Shown piece by piece: positions 18,947-27,140 of a DNA stretch of 64,000 nt. Where the stretch lies: IMG/VR virus record IMGVR_UViG_3300031251_000001, positions 124,001 through 188,000 of that record; one strand, written 5' to 3'. Each line of letters opens with the position of its first letter. Position 1 is the first letter of the stretch. The notes beneath the pieces are model-generated. The model was not told the origin of the DNA and made no database searches. It saw nothing but the letters and a program-made list of their open reading frames with translations. The position numbers and the translations under genes are program-made.

Positions 18947-19415
18947 CCGGCGTGACGGGTGCAACAGGCAACAGGGTCATTGGTCCATCGACCAGTGACC
19001 CTGTTAGTTTTTGTATCACCTGCAGCATGGGTTTCTGGGGCTGCTGACGATGCAGCTCTTTGAGACGTGTTTGCGTGCGACCCATGTTGTAGGCAATAGT
19101 CCTGATCTGACGTCGCGAGGTCATCCCGCCCCGAATCTCCTTCATTGCCGTCGCCAGGATACAGCCATAGGTGTGGCGGTGGGAGTGGAAGTAGAACAGG
19201 CTGAGTGACGGTGGTAGCCACCACTCACCGATCGTGGCCCCAGCCAGACCACCGACGTTCTTGTCTTTGGAGAGATAGGCAATCACCCGGTCGGTATAAG
19301 CGATGATGACTGCCTTTTCCGGGAGATCCATCGTTGCCTCGACGTACTTGGCGAAGAGGCTCAGGCAAGTGCTACGCATGTCGAACGCCACATCACAATT
19401 ATCTTCAGCAAACAT
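18909..19415 (-). CDS. hypothetical protein
   Basis: long ORF; start uncertain (track ORF 18909..19595 overlaps the upstream gene). Confidence 0.55.
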   Translation of the reverse strand: MFAEDNCDVAFDMRSTCLSLFAKYVEATMDLPEKAVIIAYTDRVIAYLSKDKNVGGLAGATIGEWWLPPSLSLFYFHSHRHTYGCILATAMKEIRGGMTSRRQIRTIAYNMGRTQTRLKELHRQQPQKPMLQVIQKLTGSLVDGPMTLLPVAPVTPASCASVTGMSLS

Positions 19416-19454
19416 GATCAGATCGTTGATGTTGAGCGTTATCAATTCGACCCC

Positions 19455-19470
19455 CAAAATACGTATTTTG
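19455..19470. promoter_or_regulatory. dispersed 16-bp palindrome, copy 2
   Basis: exact match; 3 nt after the TAA at 19474. Confidence 0.9.
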
Positions 19471-19473
19471 CGG

Positions 19474-19959
19474 TTAGGCCGCTTCTTCCCGCCTGACGCG
19501 GATGTTGACATCCTCCATCCAGGTGACCAGGTTCGCCACCAGCTTCTCGTCAGCGGGTGTCTTAGTGTCTTCGACGTTATCGATGCTGCGGGCAATGGCC
19601 CTGACCTGCTCGATCGTGACGGTCGTCTTGCGGTAGACCGACTTGGGCTTCTTCTCGCCCCGTGGCTTCCGCTCCTTAGCGACCTTAGCTGGCTTCTCGG
19701 GCTTAACGATCAGCTCCTTGACGCCGCCCATCTGGCCGAGCGTGTGGATACAGTTGCCACAGGCCGCACGGCGGAACTTGGTGTCCTTGAAGTCGTAGAC
19801 GATGGTGCCAGTAGAGTCGAGACGACCGTGGCAGAGACCGTCGTCGCCGTTGACCTCCAGAATGATGCCGTTAGGCGCGGTGAGATCGTGTTTGCATTCT
19901 GGGCAGGTAGCGAGCGGTTTGTCAGCGAAGAGATAACGAACAGGCAGTTGTGCGGCCAT
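19474..19959 (-). CDS. zinc-ribbon hypothetical protein
   Basis: CPEC and CGNC pairs; Lys-rich C-terminal half. Confidence 0.7.
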   Translation of the reverse strand: MAAQLPVRYLFADKPLATCPECKHDLTAPNGIILEVNGDDGLCHGRLDSTGTIVYDFKDTKFRRAACGNCIHTLGQMGGVKELIVKPEKPAKVAKERKPRGEKKPKSVYRKTTVTIEQVRAIARSIDNVEDTKTPADEKLVANLVTWMEDVNIRVRREEAA

Positions 19960-19991
19960 CCTTGGCTCCCCTGTGGTGTGATCCACAGACT

Positions 19992-20327
19992 TTACTGAAC
20001 CTGGCATGGCTGTGCAAGGCGACCTTGGTAGGCCAGAGTCATCAGCCGGCTGCACAGGCCCATCTGGCGGAGCAGGGAAGGCATGGGCTGCTTGTGGTTG
20101 ATGTTGAAGGTGAACTTACCGGTCTCCGAGTCGAAGATCACGAGTTTGGGGATGCTGTCGGGCAGCGGGCGACCACGGTAAGGTGCGAAATCGACGGCAT
20201 GCCAGACGGTGCCGTGGAGACAAGGATCCGGCTCGACAGGAGTCAACCCGATCGACTTGCAGTCTTGGTGGAAATCGAAGTAGGTGATGAAATGGTGTTC
20301 CAGCATCATGCGCTCCATGAAAGACAC
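19992..20327 (-). CDS. hypothetical protein
   Basis: 111-aa ORF. Confidence 0.55.
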   Translation of the reverse strand: MSFMERMMLEHHFITYFDFHQDCKSIGLTPVEPDPCLHGTVWHAVDFAPYRGRPLPDSIPKLVIFDSETGKFTFNINHKQPMPSLLRQMGLCSRLMTLAYQGRLAQPCQVQ

Positions 20328-20328
20328 A

Positions 20329-20358
20329 AGCCCAGGATGACGGGGGTCATCCTGGGCT
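20329..20358. terminator. 13-bp perfect stem-loop, probable terminator
   Basis: AGCCCAGGATGAC-gggg-GTCATCCTGGGCT; T-rich tail on the minus strand. Confidence 0.6.
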
Positions 20359-20389
20359 CGCAGGTAGGGGAGACGGTCCGATAAAGTAG

Positions 20390-20830
20390 TTAATGCACTT
20401 GCGACATTTTTTCAAGTTCTTTGATAGTGACCATGCCGAGTGAACCATCGGGTTTACGGTATTGTACCACAGGCTCGCCGTTCCTGGCTGATAGTGCCAG
20501 ATCGAAGCCTTGCGGTTGGCCACCTGTCAGTGTTTTGTTGCGGTGAATGCCGACTACCGGGCCTTCATTCTTGGTCACGTACATGGAGACCATGCCCTGA
20601 GTCTTATTGTCGGTGATCCAGACGCCCGTGCAGTCGCCCTGCGACGTGATGACGATACCGCCTACCTTGATCTGCTTGGCCTCGATCGTGTCAGCGACGA
20701 GGCAGGCAGCTCTTACTCGTTCTTCCTGGCTGGCGGTGGCCGTAATATGGGCCATGATCAGGCCGATGAATAAAGTAGAGAGCAAAATAACGATCAACTG
20801 GCCTCGCGGGCTGTTTTTGGAAAAAGGCAT
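20390..20830 (-). CDS. membrane-anchored/secreted hypothetical protein
   Basis: N-terminal hydrophobic helix; AAGGAGG RBS. Confidence 0.75.
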   Translation of the reverse strand: MPFSKNSPRGQLIVILLSTLFIGLIMAHITATASQEERVRAACLVADTIEAKQIKVGGIVITSQGDCTGVWITDNKTQGMVSMYVTKNEGPVVGIHRNKTLTGGQPQGFDLALSARNGEPVVQYRKPDGSLGMVTIKELEKMSQVH

Positions 20831-20877
20831 GTCGACCTCCTTGTTAGGTTAAGTTCTCTCATCTTCATCTAATACAG

Positions 20878-20906
20878 ATTGTAACGCGATCGCCTGATCG
20901 TGTCAC
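20878..20906 (-). promoter_or_regulatory. sigma70-like promoter GTGACA-N17-TACAAT
   Basis: correct 17-nt spacer, in the intergenic gap upstream of 20830. Confidence 0.55.
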
Positions 20907-20920
20907 CAAGGTGAGCCTTG

Positions 20921-21430
20921 TCAAGGCTTGGGCGGATTGGCGAACACGGCGGTGCTGTAGTAGTCCCCGTCATCGCCTTTGGTGGTGGCAATTCCGACGA
21001 ACTTATAGTCGCCGAGCATGTTCCTGTTGTGCCCTGGACTGGCTGCCCAGGCTGCTACCGTCTTCTCCGGTTTGGTCATTTGAGCGATGTTTTCCGCTAC
21101 TGCTGACCACGCAAACCCAGCTGCCTCGACTCGCTGCTCGGGCCGGGAACCATCGGTGCCGATGTGATCCAGGCGAGCGTGTTTAGCACAGTCATCAGAC
21201 TGCCGCTGGGCTGCTTTGTCCAATTGTGAGTTCTCGATCAGAGCTGCCCACCCGTTCGCCTGGCGATACGCATTGATCTCCTTCAGCAGAGTAGGCGGCT
21301 CGGAGACAGCGCTGTTCACCATGGGCATCGGTGAGAATGATAAAAGATCCTGGGTTGGCCGAACGGTCGGCAGGCTGGACAAGGATACCAGCGTCAGACA
21401 GATCAGATAGAGCTCTTTCATCAACAACAT
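20921..21430 (-). CDS. secreted CAP (SCP/Tpx-1/Ag5/PR-1) domain protein
   Basis: signal-like N-terminus; INAYRQANG, LDKAAQRQS, DHIG, AENIA, WAASPGHNRNML. Confidence 0.88.
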   Translation of the reverse strand: MLLMKELYLICLTLVSLSSLPTVRPTQDLLSFSPMPMVNSAVSEPPTLLKEINAYRQANGWAALIENSQLDKAAQRQSDDCAKHARLDHIGTDGSRPEQRVEAAGFAWSAVAENIAQMTKPEKTVAAWAASPGHNRNMLGDYKFVGIATTKGDDGDYYSTAVFANPPKP

Positions 21431-21683
21431 GGGTTTCCTCCTTGACGGGTTCAATGGGCTTGTTCAGATGGCAGTTCTTGAACTTCTTCCCGCTGCCACA
21501 CAAACAAGGATCATTGCGACCGATCCGTGGTCGCTTCTCTTTCAGGATCGCCTGGTACTCTTGGCGAGCCAGGTGTTCCTTACGCTCCTGGGGAGTCAAC
21601 GGGCGACGCTGCTTGCGTGACCTGCCGCCTGAGAGGGCGAGCAGAGAGATGGCGGCAGCGACCCCGTTATCGAGTCCAAACAT
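21195..21683 (-). CDS. SEC-C motif protein
   Basis: RIGRNDPCLCGSGKKFKNCH. Confidence 0.75.
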   Translation of the reverse strand: MFGLDNGVAAAISLLALSGGRSRKQRRPLTPQERKEHLARQEYQAILKEKRPRIGRNDPCLCGSGKKFKNCHLNKPIEPVKEETHVVDERALSDLSDAGILVQPADRSANPGSFIILTDAHGEQRCLRAAYSAEGDQCVSPGERVGSSDRELTIGQSSPAAV

Positions 21684-21686
21684 AGT

Positions 21687-22178
21687 CTACTCCACTACGT
21701 ATTGCATGTGATAGGCGTCTTCCTTGGTGTCCTCGTAGTATTCAGGGATGACCTCGGTCGCGAGGAACTTCAGACGCTGGAAGAAAAGCTGGGCCGTGAG
21801 GTTCGTTTCACGCACGTGCAGCTCGCATTTGTTTCGCTTGTTGGGGGTCAGTCGTGAGGTGAGGCAGCCGATGAGAGCTCGACCGTAGCCGCGAAGCCGA
21901 TAGCGTGGGTGGACGGTCAGGCAGTGCAGCCAGAAGGATTTGCCGCGTCGCTCGTAAAAGAGAGAACCGACCACCTTCTTACCCTGAAGCTCCAGCACCA
22001 GGGCGGCACAGGATTCATTCTCCAGGAAACCAGCCATGACCTCTTCGGACCAGGGATCTGGATAGACCATCTGTTCCAACTTGGCGACGACTGGCCTATC
22101 TTGCGGGATCATCTCACGGATGATCGGCTTGAGCTTTTCACGAGCCACGGTGATCTCCATACCACCAGGTTCAGACAA
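21687..22178 (-). CDS. rimI: ribosomal-protein-alanine N-acetyltransferase-like GNAT
   Basis: YPDPWSEE, LTVHPRYRLRGYGRALI (acetyl-CoA loop), LHVRETNLTAQLFF, YYEDTKEDAYHMQY. Confidence 0.8.
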   Translation of the reverse strand: MSEPGGMEITVAREKLKPIIREMIPQDRPVVAKLEQMVYPDPWSEEVMAGFLENESCAALVLELQGKKVVGSLFYERRGKSFWLHCLTVHPRYRLRGYGRALIGCLTSRLTPNKRNKCELHVRETNLTAQLFFQRLKFLATEVIPEYYEDTKEDAYHMQYVVE

Positions 22179-22235
22179 ACGGCCACGATCACTCGTGGCC
22201 GCTCCAGTCTAACGCATCTGCGTCTGGTGAACTAC

Positions 22236-22808
22236 TTAATCAGAGGGCCGACGTTGCGTCAATGCCAGTGCCCGAAGCAGTGAAGACCGCCTGACCGCCG
22301 GTTCTGTTGTCGTTACGGTGGTCACAGTGACATCAGGTTTACTCTCGGTATTGGAAGCCGCCGGCGTCACAGCCTTCTTAGGGACTGGTGCTTGCTGCTT
22401 CTTAATCTCAGGAGCGGGCATCGTTTGCTTCTGTACGCTGGGTGCCGGAGCGGGAGCTGCGGTCGACCCGGAACATGAAGATCCTGTGCAGGACGATCCA
22501 CTGCAACCTGTGCCGCGATGTGCGAAGAGCTTCGAGATGCAGCTGGTGTGAGCTGCCTTGGCGTGGCCCGTGCAGCTGGATCCAGTGCAGGCTGCGCTAG
22601 TGACGGTGGTGGTCACGGTCTTCGTGATCGTGGCACCTGTGCAAGAACTACCCGTGCAATGACTGGCGTGAACACGACGAGCGTGCCCGGTGCAAGCAGA
22701 ACCGGTACAAGCGGAGCCTGTGCAGCCGGCGGCCTGGACCGTGGCTGGCTTGGCGGCAGGAGCGTCCGAGACGCCTGCCAAAAGACCGACTAACAAAATC
22801 GAATACAT
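22236..22808 (-). CDS. secreted Cys-rich repeat protein
   Basis: signal peptide; about nine C(T/S)GS(S/A)C(T/S)G-type units; Pro/Ala/Thr-rich tail. Confidence 0.8.
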   Translation of the reverse strand: MYSILLVGLLAGVSDAPAAKPATVQAAGCTGSACTGSACTGHARRVHASHCTGSSCTGATITKTVTTTVTSAACTGSSCTGHAKAAHTSCISKLFAHRGTGCSGSSCTGSSCSGSTAAPAPAPSVQKQTMPAPEIKKQQAPVPKKAVTPAASNTESKPDVTVTTVTTTEPAVRRSSLLRALALTQRRPSD

Positions 22809-23023
22809 GCTGACCTCCTCTGGGCGAAAACACGATCAACCTAGACCGCATCACTAACCCTATTGTTCCTAGATAGTATCGTCCGCCTGGTAGCACGAAT
22901 CAAGGCTACCAGACTTCTCCTGTCACCCGCACCTTGTCTTTGCTTTCTCCGCACGGGACAAGACAGCCATCCCGCTTTGGCGCGAGCCCGCTCGTACGAC
23001 AGACATACTTGAGCCCGCTCGTT

Positions 23024-23086
23024 CGTTGTGCTGCCGAGTGCCCACCAGGAGCACCCTAAGCTGCTGTAGGCGTTGCGGTCGCCCCG
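23024..23086 (-). ncRNA. candidate novel structured RNA element, copy 1 of 4
   Basis: CGG GGCG ACCGCAA CGCC UAC A GCAGCU UA GGGUGCUC CUGGU GGGCACUC GGCAGC ACAACG; covarying stems. Confidence 0.75.
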
Positions 23087-23178
23087 AAGCAATTGCGAGG
23101 TCGGGTGTTGAAAGGACCCTTCCGTGCACACCCTTAGAAAGCATGACGAGAATAGGTACTAACCGACCCCGCTCTCAC

Positions 23179-24303
23179 TTATCTACTGACCCGTCCTGAT
23201 TTCAGGATGTTCGGGTCAAGGCTGGTGGAAGCACTCGACAGCTCCGGCACCCTCGCGAAAGGATTCCAGCTGATGATGCCGTCATCACCGCGAAGCATGC
23301 CGTACCAGGGCCTGGGGTTCTGAATGTCGTAAGCGTGCCGCTGGGTGTCCCGGTGGCAATCCACACAAGAAGCCTTCGAGGCGGAGAAGAAGGCCCCATT
23401 GTACCTGGGTGGCACGATCGAGTCCCGTTCGGTCGTTGTCGCCATACCGCACTCTATGCCGTCCTGGACCAGCCAGGGCTCTCCCAGGGCAGGACGGAAG
23501 GGCATGGTCTTGAGTGTCTGCTTGGAGACCTCCTTCTCGATCTTAGGCATCTCCACGACTAACGCAGTGCGTGGCTTAAAGAGTCGAGGGTGAAGTGACG
23601 GGAAGATCATCTTGAGCGGGGAGGACGAGGGCTTACGATACTCGCCCAGCACATAGGTGAGCTCCGTCTCGTTGCGAACGGGTCGATAGACGTTGACGGC
23701 CCAGTGCTCAGCACCTGTTTCGTTGTCGGATTTGGTGCGAGTACGGATCTCGAAAGGGAGCTGGTCGCCGTCCGTGAACTTCTGGTAGAGGATCTCCACC
23801 AGGGTCGTTCCCTGGGGGAAGTCCCAGCTGACGGCGTCAGCGTACCGCTTCGATTCAGGCCGTCGCTCGGGACCGACGCTAATCTTGATGTTTCCAGTCT
23901 GAGGTAAAAGAAGGGCCTTCACGCTGGGGTAACCAGGTGGCAGTCCCGCTGTCCGAACCCACGGTTCTTCGTTGTTCGGTGTCCCGGCTGATTCGACTTG
24001 TTTCTCCATCGAGATATTACGGCCGGTGTAAACGAGGACCACGTGATCGGTGTTGTAGCGACTGGCGTAGACAGGATTGGATTGCGTAATGGTGCCTTCC
24101 TGGAACACCGTCGGCAGCGTGGTTTCGTCGTAGAACATCAAGTCGGGTGAGTTGAGGATCTTCTGCAGCTTCTCGTCATCGGTCTTGGGTAAGGTGCTGC
24201 GAACCTTGGCTTCTTGTTCCTTGGACATGTACCGCCACGGTGGCTCAGCCACGGCGGCGGGGACCAGGAACAGACACAGAGCTAAAGTGATGAGACGCAT
24301 CAT
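23179..24303 (-). CDS. secreted hypothetical protein with one CxxCH motif
   Basis: signal peptide MRLITLALCLFLVPAAVA; SCVDCHRD near the C-terminus. Confidence 0.75.
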   Translation of the reverse strand: MMRLITLALCLFLVPAAVAEPPWRYMSKEQEAKVRSTLPKTDDEKLQKILNSPDLMFYDETTLPTVFQEGTITQSNPVYASRYNTDHVVLVYTGRNISMEKQVESAGTPNNEEPWVRTAGLPPGYPSVKALLLPQTGNIKISVGPERRPESKRYADAVSWDFPQGTTLVEILYQKFTDGDQLPFEIRTRTKSDNETGAEHWAVNVYRPVRNETELTYVLGEYRKPSSSPLKMIFPSLHPRLFKPRTALVVEMPKIEKEVSKQTLKTMPFRPALGEPWLVQDGIECGMATTTERDSIVPPRYNGAFFSASKASCVDCHRDTQRHAYDIQNPRPWYGMLRGDDGIISWNPFARVPELSSASTSLDPNILKSGRVSR

Positions 24304-24328
24304 GCGCTCCTAATAGTGAGGGGTAGGG

Positions 24329-24344
24329 CAAAATACGTATTTTG
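24329..24344. promoter_or_regulatory. dispersed 16-bp palindrome, copy 3 (extends to 20 bp, GG...CC)
   Basis: exact match; 4 nt after the TAG at 24349. Confidence 0.9.
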
Positions 24345-24348
24345 CCGT

Positions 24349-25912
24349 CTAACAATGGAAGTCAGCCGCCTTGGCGTCCTTCAGGATGGACTTGCGAACG
24401 ATGTCATAGCGGGCCAGCAGCCAGCGTGCCTGGATGCGACGGCCTTCCTTGACGGTATCGTTGCAGTCGTCCCATTCGGTGAACTTGGTGGGCATCTTGC
24501 CTACTGATGTGGCCACGGTGTTGCCTTTCTCGACAGCTTCACGACCTGCCTCATGCAGATCGCGAGCCAGGGCCTCGACCGGGTCGTGTTTATCGACCGC
24601 AGTCTTGCACTTGTTGCCGCCGCAGCAGGGCTTGGGGTCAAGGATGTCCTTGACCGGGGTGGTGGCGGGAACACAGACTCGAACATCTTGCGACATGGGA
24701 TCCTTCCTTTGCGCAAAGTAGAGTTACGACAAAACAGGTATCAAGCGGGAGAGTGTTCGCGCGAACGCTTCAATGCCTCCCTCCTTATCCAGTGTATCCA
24801 GAGGATACCACTGATTTGGTCCACCCTCGTCATCCTTTATGCTTTTACGGGTGCGATAACGAATGCCCAGGGTGAGGGCCTGCTCAGCATTGAAGTTGAC
24901 CTCAAACCAGGCAGTCCGGAACGTACCGTCGCCGCTGACAGCCGGGCCACCGGGATTGAAATCGATGCGGAACGTACCGGGGGCCAGACGCATGCTGGTA
25001 CAGACCAGAGAGAGCGTTGCCAGGCAAGCCTGCTTCCAGTTCTCCTTGGCCTGGGGCGACTGGTTCCAGCGTTCAGCGTACTTCTTCAGGCTGCCGGCGG
25101 AAGAGGAAATGCGGTGTTTGGCACTGACGACCTTCGGCGGCTTAGCTCCACCAAAGTAAGCCAGCAACTCCTTGAGGTCTTTGATCAGTTCAGCGTGGAT
25201 ATCGGGAGCCTCAGCAGTGAGGGCGTCCAGGCGGTACTGAAGCGAAGCGGTGATGACCTCGCGATTGTGTTTAGTCAGATACATGACACCTCACGGTGAG
25301 ACAGGCGGCTGGGCGGGCGCCGTCTGAGTAGAAACGGGAAGGCGGCTGTGGATGGTGGATTGAACCCCCAACTTAAACAGCCACATTCCCATGACGCCAA
25401 TGATAAAAATCAAGGCAACAATCAGTTGACGATTCGGGGTATCCGCCGGCATTGAGAAGCCTCCGTTAGGATGTTACCGTTGTACCAATGCTTCCCACGC
25501 CGATCAATACAGATCATTCTTCAGGGTCTTGCTCAGCAGCGAGTTCCTGCAGACAAGGTTCGATGACCAGTTTGACATCGACAGGCAGCTCACGATAGGT
25601 GAGCGACTTCTCGGCCAGGTGAACAGCGGCATGACGGGCCAGGCGATCACGGAAGAAGTCATCCAGCCAATCAGAGAAGTCGTGATCGAAGTGCGTGGTG
25701 TTGAGGTAGCCCTGAGCCAGTTCCAGCCACCAGCACAAGTGGCCATTGAAATAGTCAATATCGTGGCAGTGCTCGGCCAGCACCGTGTCCAACTTGTCGG
25801 CTCGGTTGAGGTGGTCCTTCACGGCGTTACAGAAGGTCACCGCTACGAGCAGCTGATCATTAACCGGGAATCTCTCGATGTACTCCCGCTTGTTCTGCTC
25901 TTTTCCAGGCAT
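24349..25912 (-). other. hypothetical genes 24349..24696, 24724..25284, 25291..25452 (53-aa membrane peptide MPADTPNRQLIVALIFIIGVMGMWLF, below the ORF-track cutoff), 25514..25912
   Basis: consecutive minus-strand ORFs with RBSs. Confidence 0.65.
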
Positions 25913-26057
25913 CGGGTAAAAACCCTCCTTTAGTAAGCCACCCGTCCAAGGAGAGCAAGAGCAGCACCAATCGATTGGTGTCAGCCAGATCGAGTGGTGC
26001 TTCTTCGTTCCGCTTGGTGAGGCGACGGATCTCGGCGAGTGTTGCGTTGGGGTCCAT
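25860..26057 (-). CDS. small phage protein (MDPNA-type N-terminus)
   Basis: MDPNATLAEIR...LDGWLTKGGFLP, a motif familiar from small phage proteins. Confidence 0.65.
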   Translation of the reverse strand: MDPNATLAEIRRLTKRNEEAPLDLADTNRLVLLLLSLDGWLTKGGFLPDAWKRAEQAGVHREIPG

Positions 26058-26059
26058 GG

Positions 26060-26644
26060 CTATCTCACGAAAGGGAGAACGATGCCAGCTTGGTTTTGAT
26101 ACTTGCCGCGTCGATCGGCGTAGCTGGTCGTGCAAGTCATACCGTGAGCGTGATCCGATTGCGTAAGTAATCTTGCACAGTCGGCTCGCAGGAAGATGAT
26201 TTGAGCGATCCCTTCGTGGGCGTAGATCTTCGCTGGCAGCGGCGTGGTGTTGCTGATCTCGATGGTGATCTTGCCTTCCCACTCCGGCTCGAGCGGGGTG
26301 ACATTGACGATCAGGCCGCAGCGAGCATAGGTACTCTTGCCGACACAGATCGCCAGGATGTCGCGAGGAATCTTGAACACCTCGAACGTCTCCCCCAGCA
26401 CGAAGCTGTTGGGCGGGATGACGCAGGTGTCACCCTCCATGCTCACGAACGACTTGGGGCTGAAGTTCTTCGGATCTACGATCTCGCCGTGGACGTTGGT
26501 GAAGACCTTGAACTTGTTACCCAACCTGGCGTCGTAGCCATAGCTGGTTACACCGTACGAGATGACACCTTTTGACATCTGCTCTTTGATGAACGGTGTA
26601 ATGCTGATCTCTTTCTCAATTTGCCAATCTGCTAAGACGCCGAT
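26060..26644 (-). CDS. dcd: dCTP deaminase
   Basis: [59 protein letters not shown]. The conserved N-terminus GVLADWQI lies upstream of the first ATG (26578) and begins at ATC 26644. Confidence 0.95.
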   Translation of the reverse strand: MGVLADWQIEKEISITPFIKEQMSKGVISYGVTSYGYDARLGNKFKVFTNVHGEIVDPKNFSPKSFVSMEGDTCVIPPNSFVLGETFEVFKIPRDILAICVGKSTYARCGLIVNVTPLEPEWEGKITIEISNTTPLPAKIYAHEGIAQIIFLRADCARLLTQSDHAHGMTCTTSYADRRGKYQNQAGIVLPFVR

Positions 26645-26811
26645 GGGGCACCTCCTTGGTGTTAAATTGTGGTACTCAAACTACGGACCGTGAAAATCGT
26701 TCTGGGTCATGCTATGAAACCAGGAAGCCAGCCAGATGCTGAACAGGTAAAAAGCAATCCCAATCACGGTGAAAAGAATATCCAGTTTGCGTGAGATCAT
26801 AAAGCCCTCTG

Positions 26812-27132
26812 TTAGACATTGATTCCGCAGCCCACGTCCTTCCGGCAGACAGCACACTTCTTCACGTGCTTGCGGACACACTTCTTACAGAACGATCCGC
26901 AGTAGGTGGACTGCACGTCCTTGGTGCTGCTGCACTCTGAACAGGTCGGCTCCTCTTTCACGATATAGCACAGTGCTCCACACGCGGGGCACTCCCCCGC
27001 CGGTACCTCGCCGCCGACATCAACCCGTTGTGACAAGTCCTGGATGTCTTTGAGCTTGGCACCGGTATGGATCTTGCCGCAGTTGTCGCACTGGTACTTC
27101 TTGCCTGGTTCGACATCTTTTGGTGTTGTCAT
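26812..27132 (-). CDS. multi-CxxC zinc-ribbon protein
   Basis: CDNC, CPAC, CSEC, CKKC and further Cys pairs. Confidence 0.7.
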   Translation of the reverse strand: MTTPKDVEPGKKYQCDNCGKIHTGAKLKDIQDLSQRVDVGGEVPAGECPACGALCYIVKEEPTCSECSSTKDVQSTYCGSFCKKCVRKHVKKCAVCRKDVGCGINV

Positions 27133-27140
27133 GATGCTCC

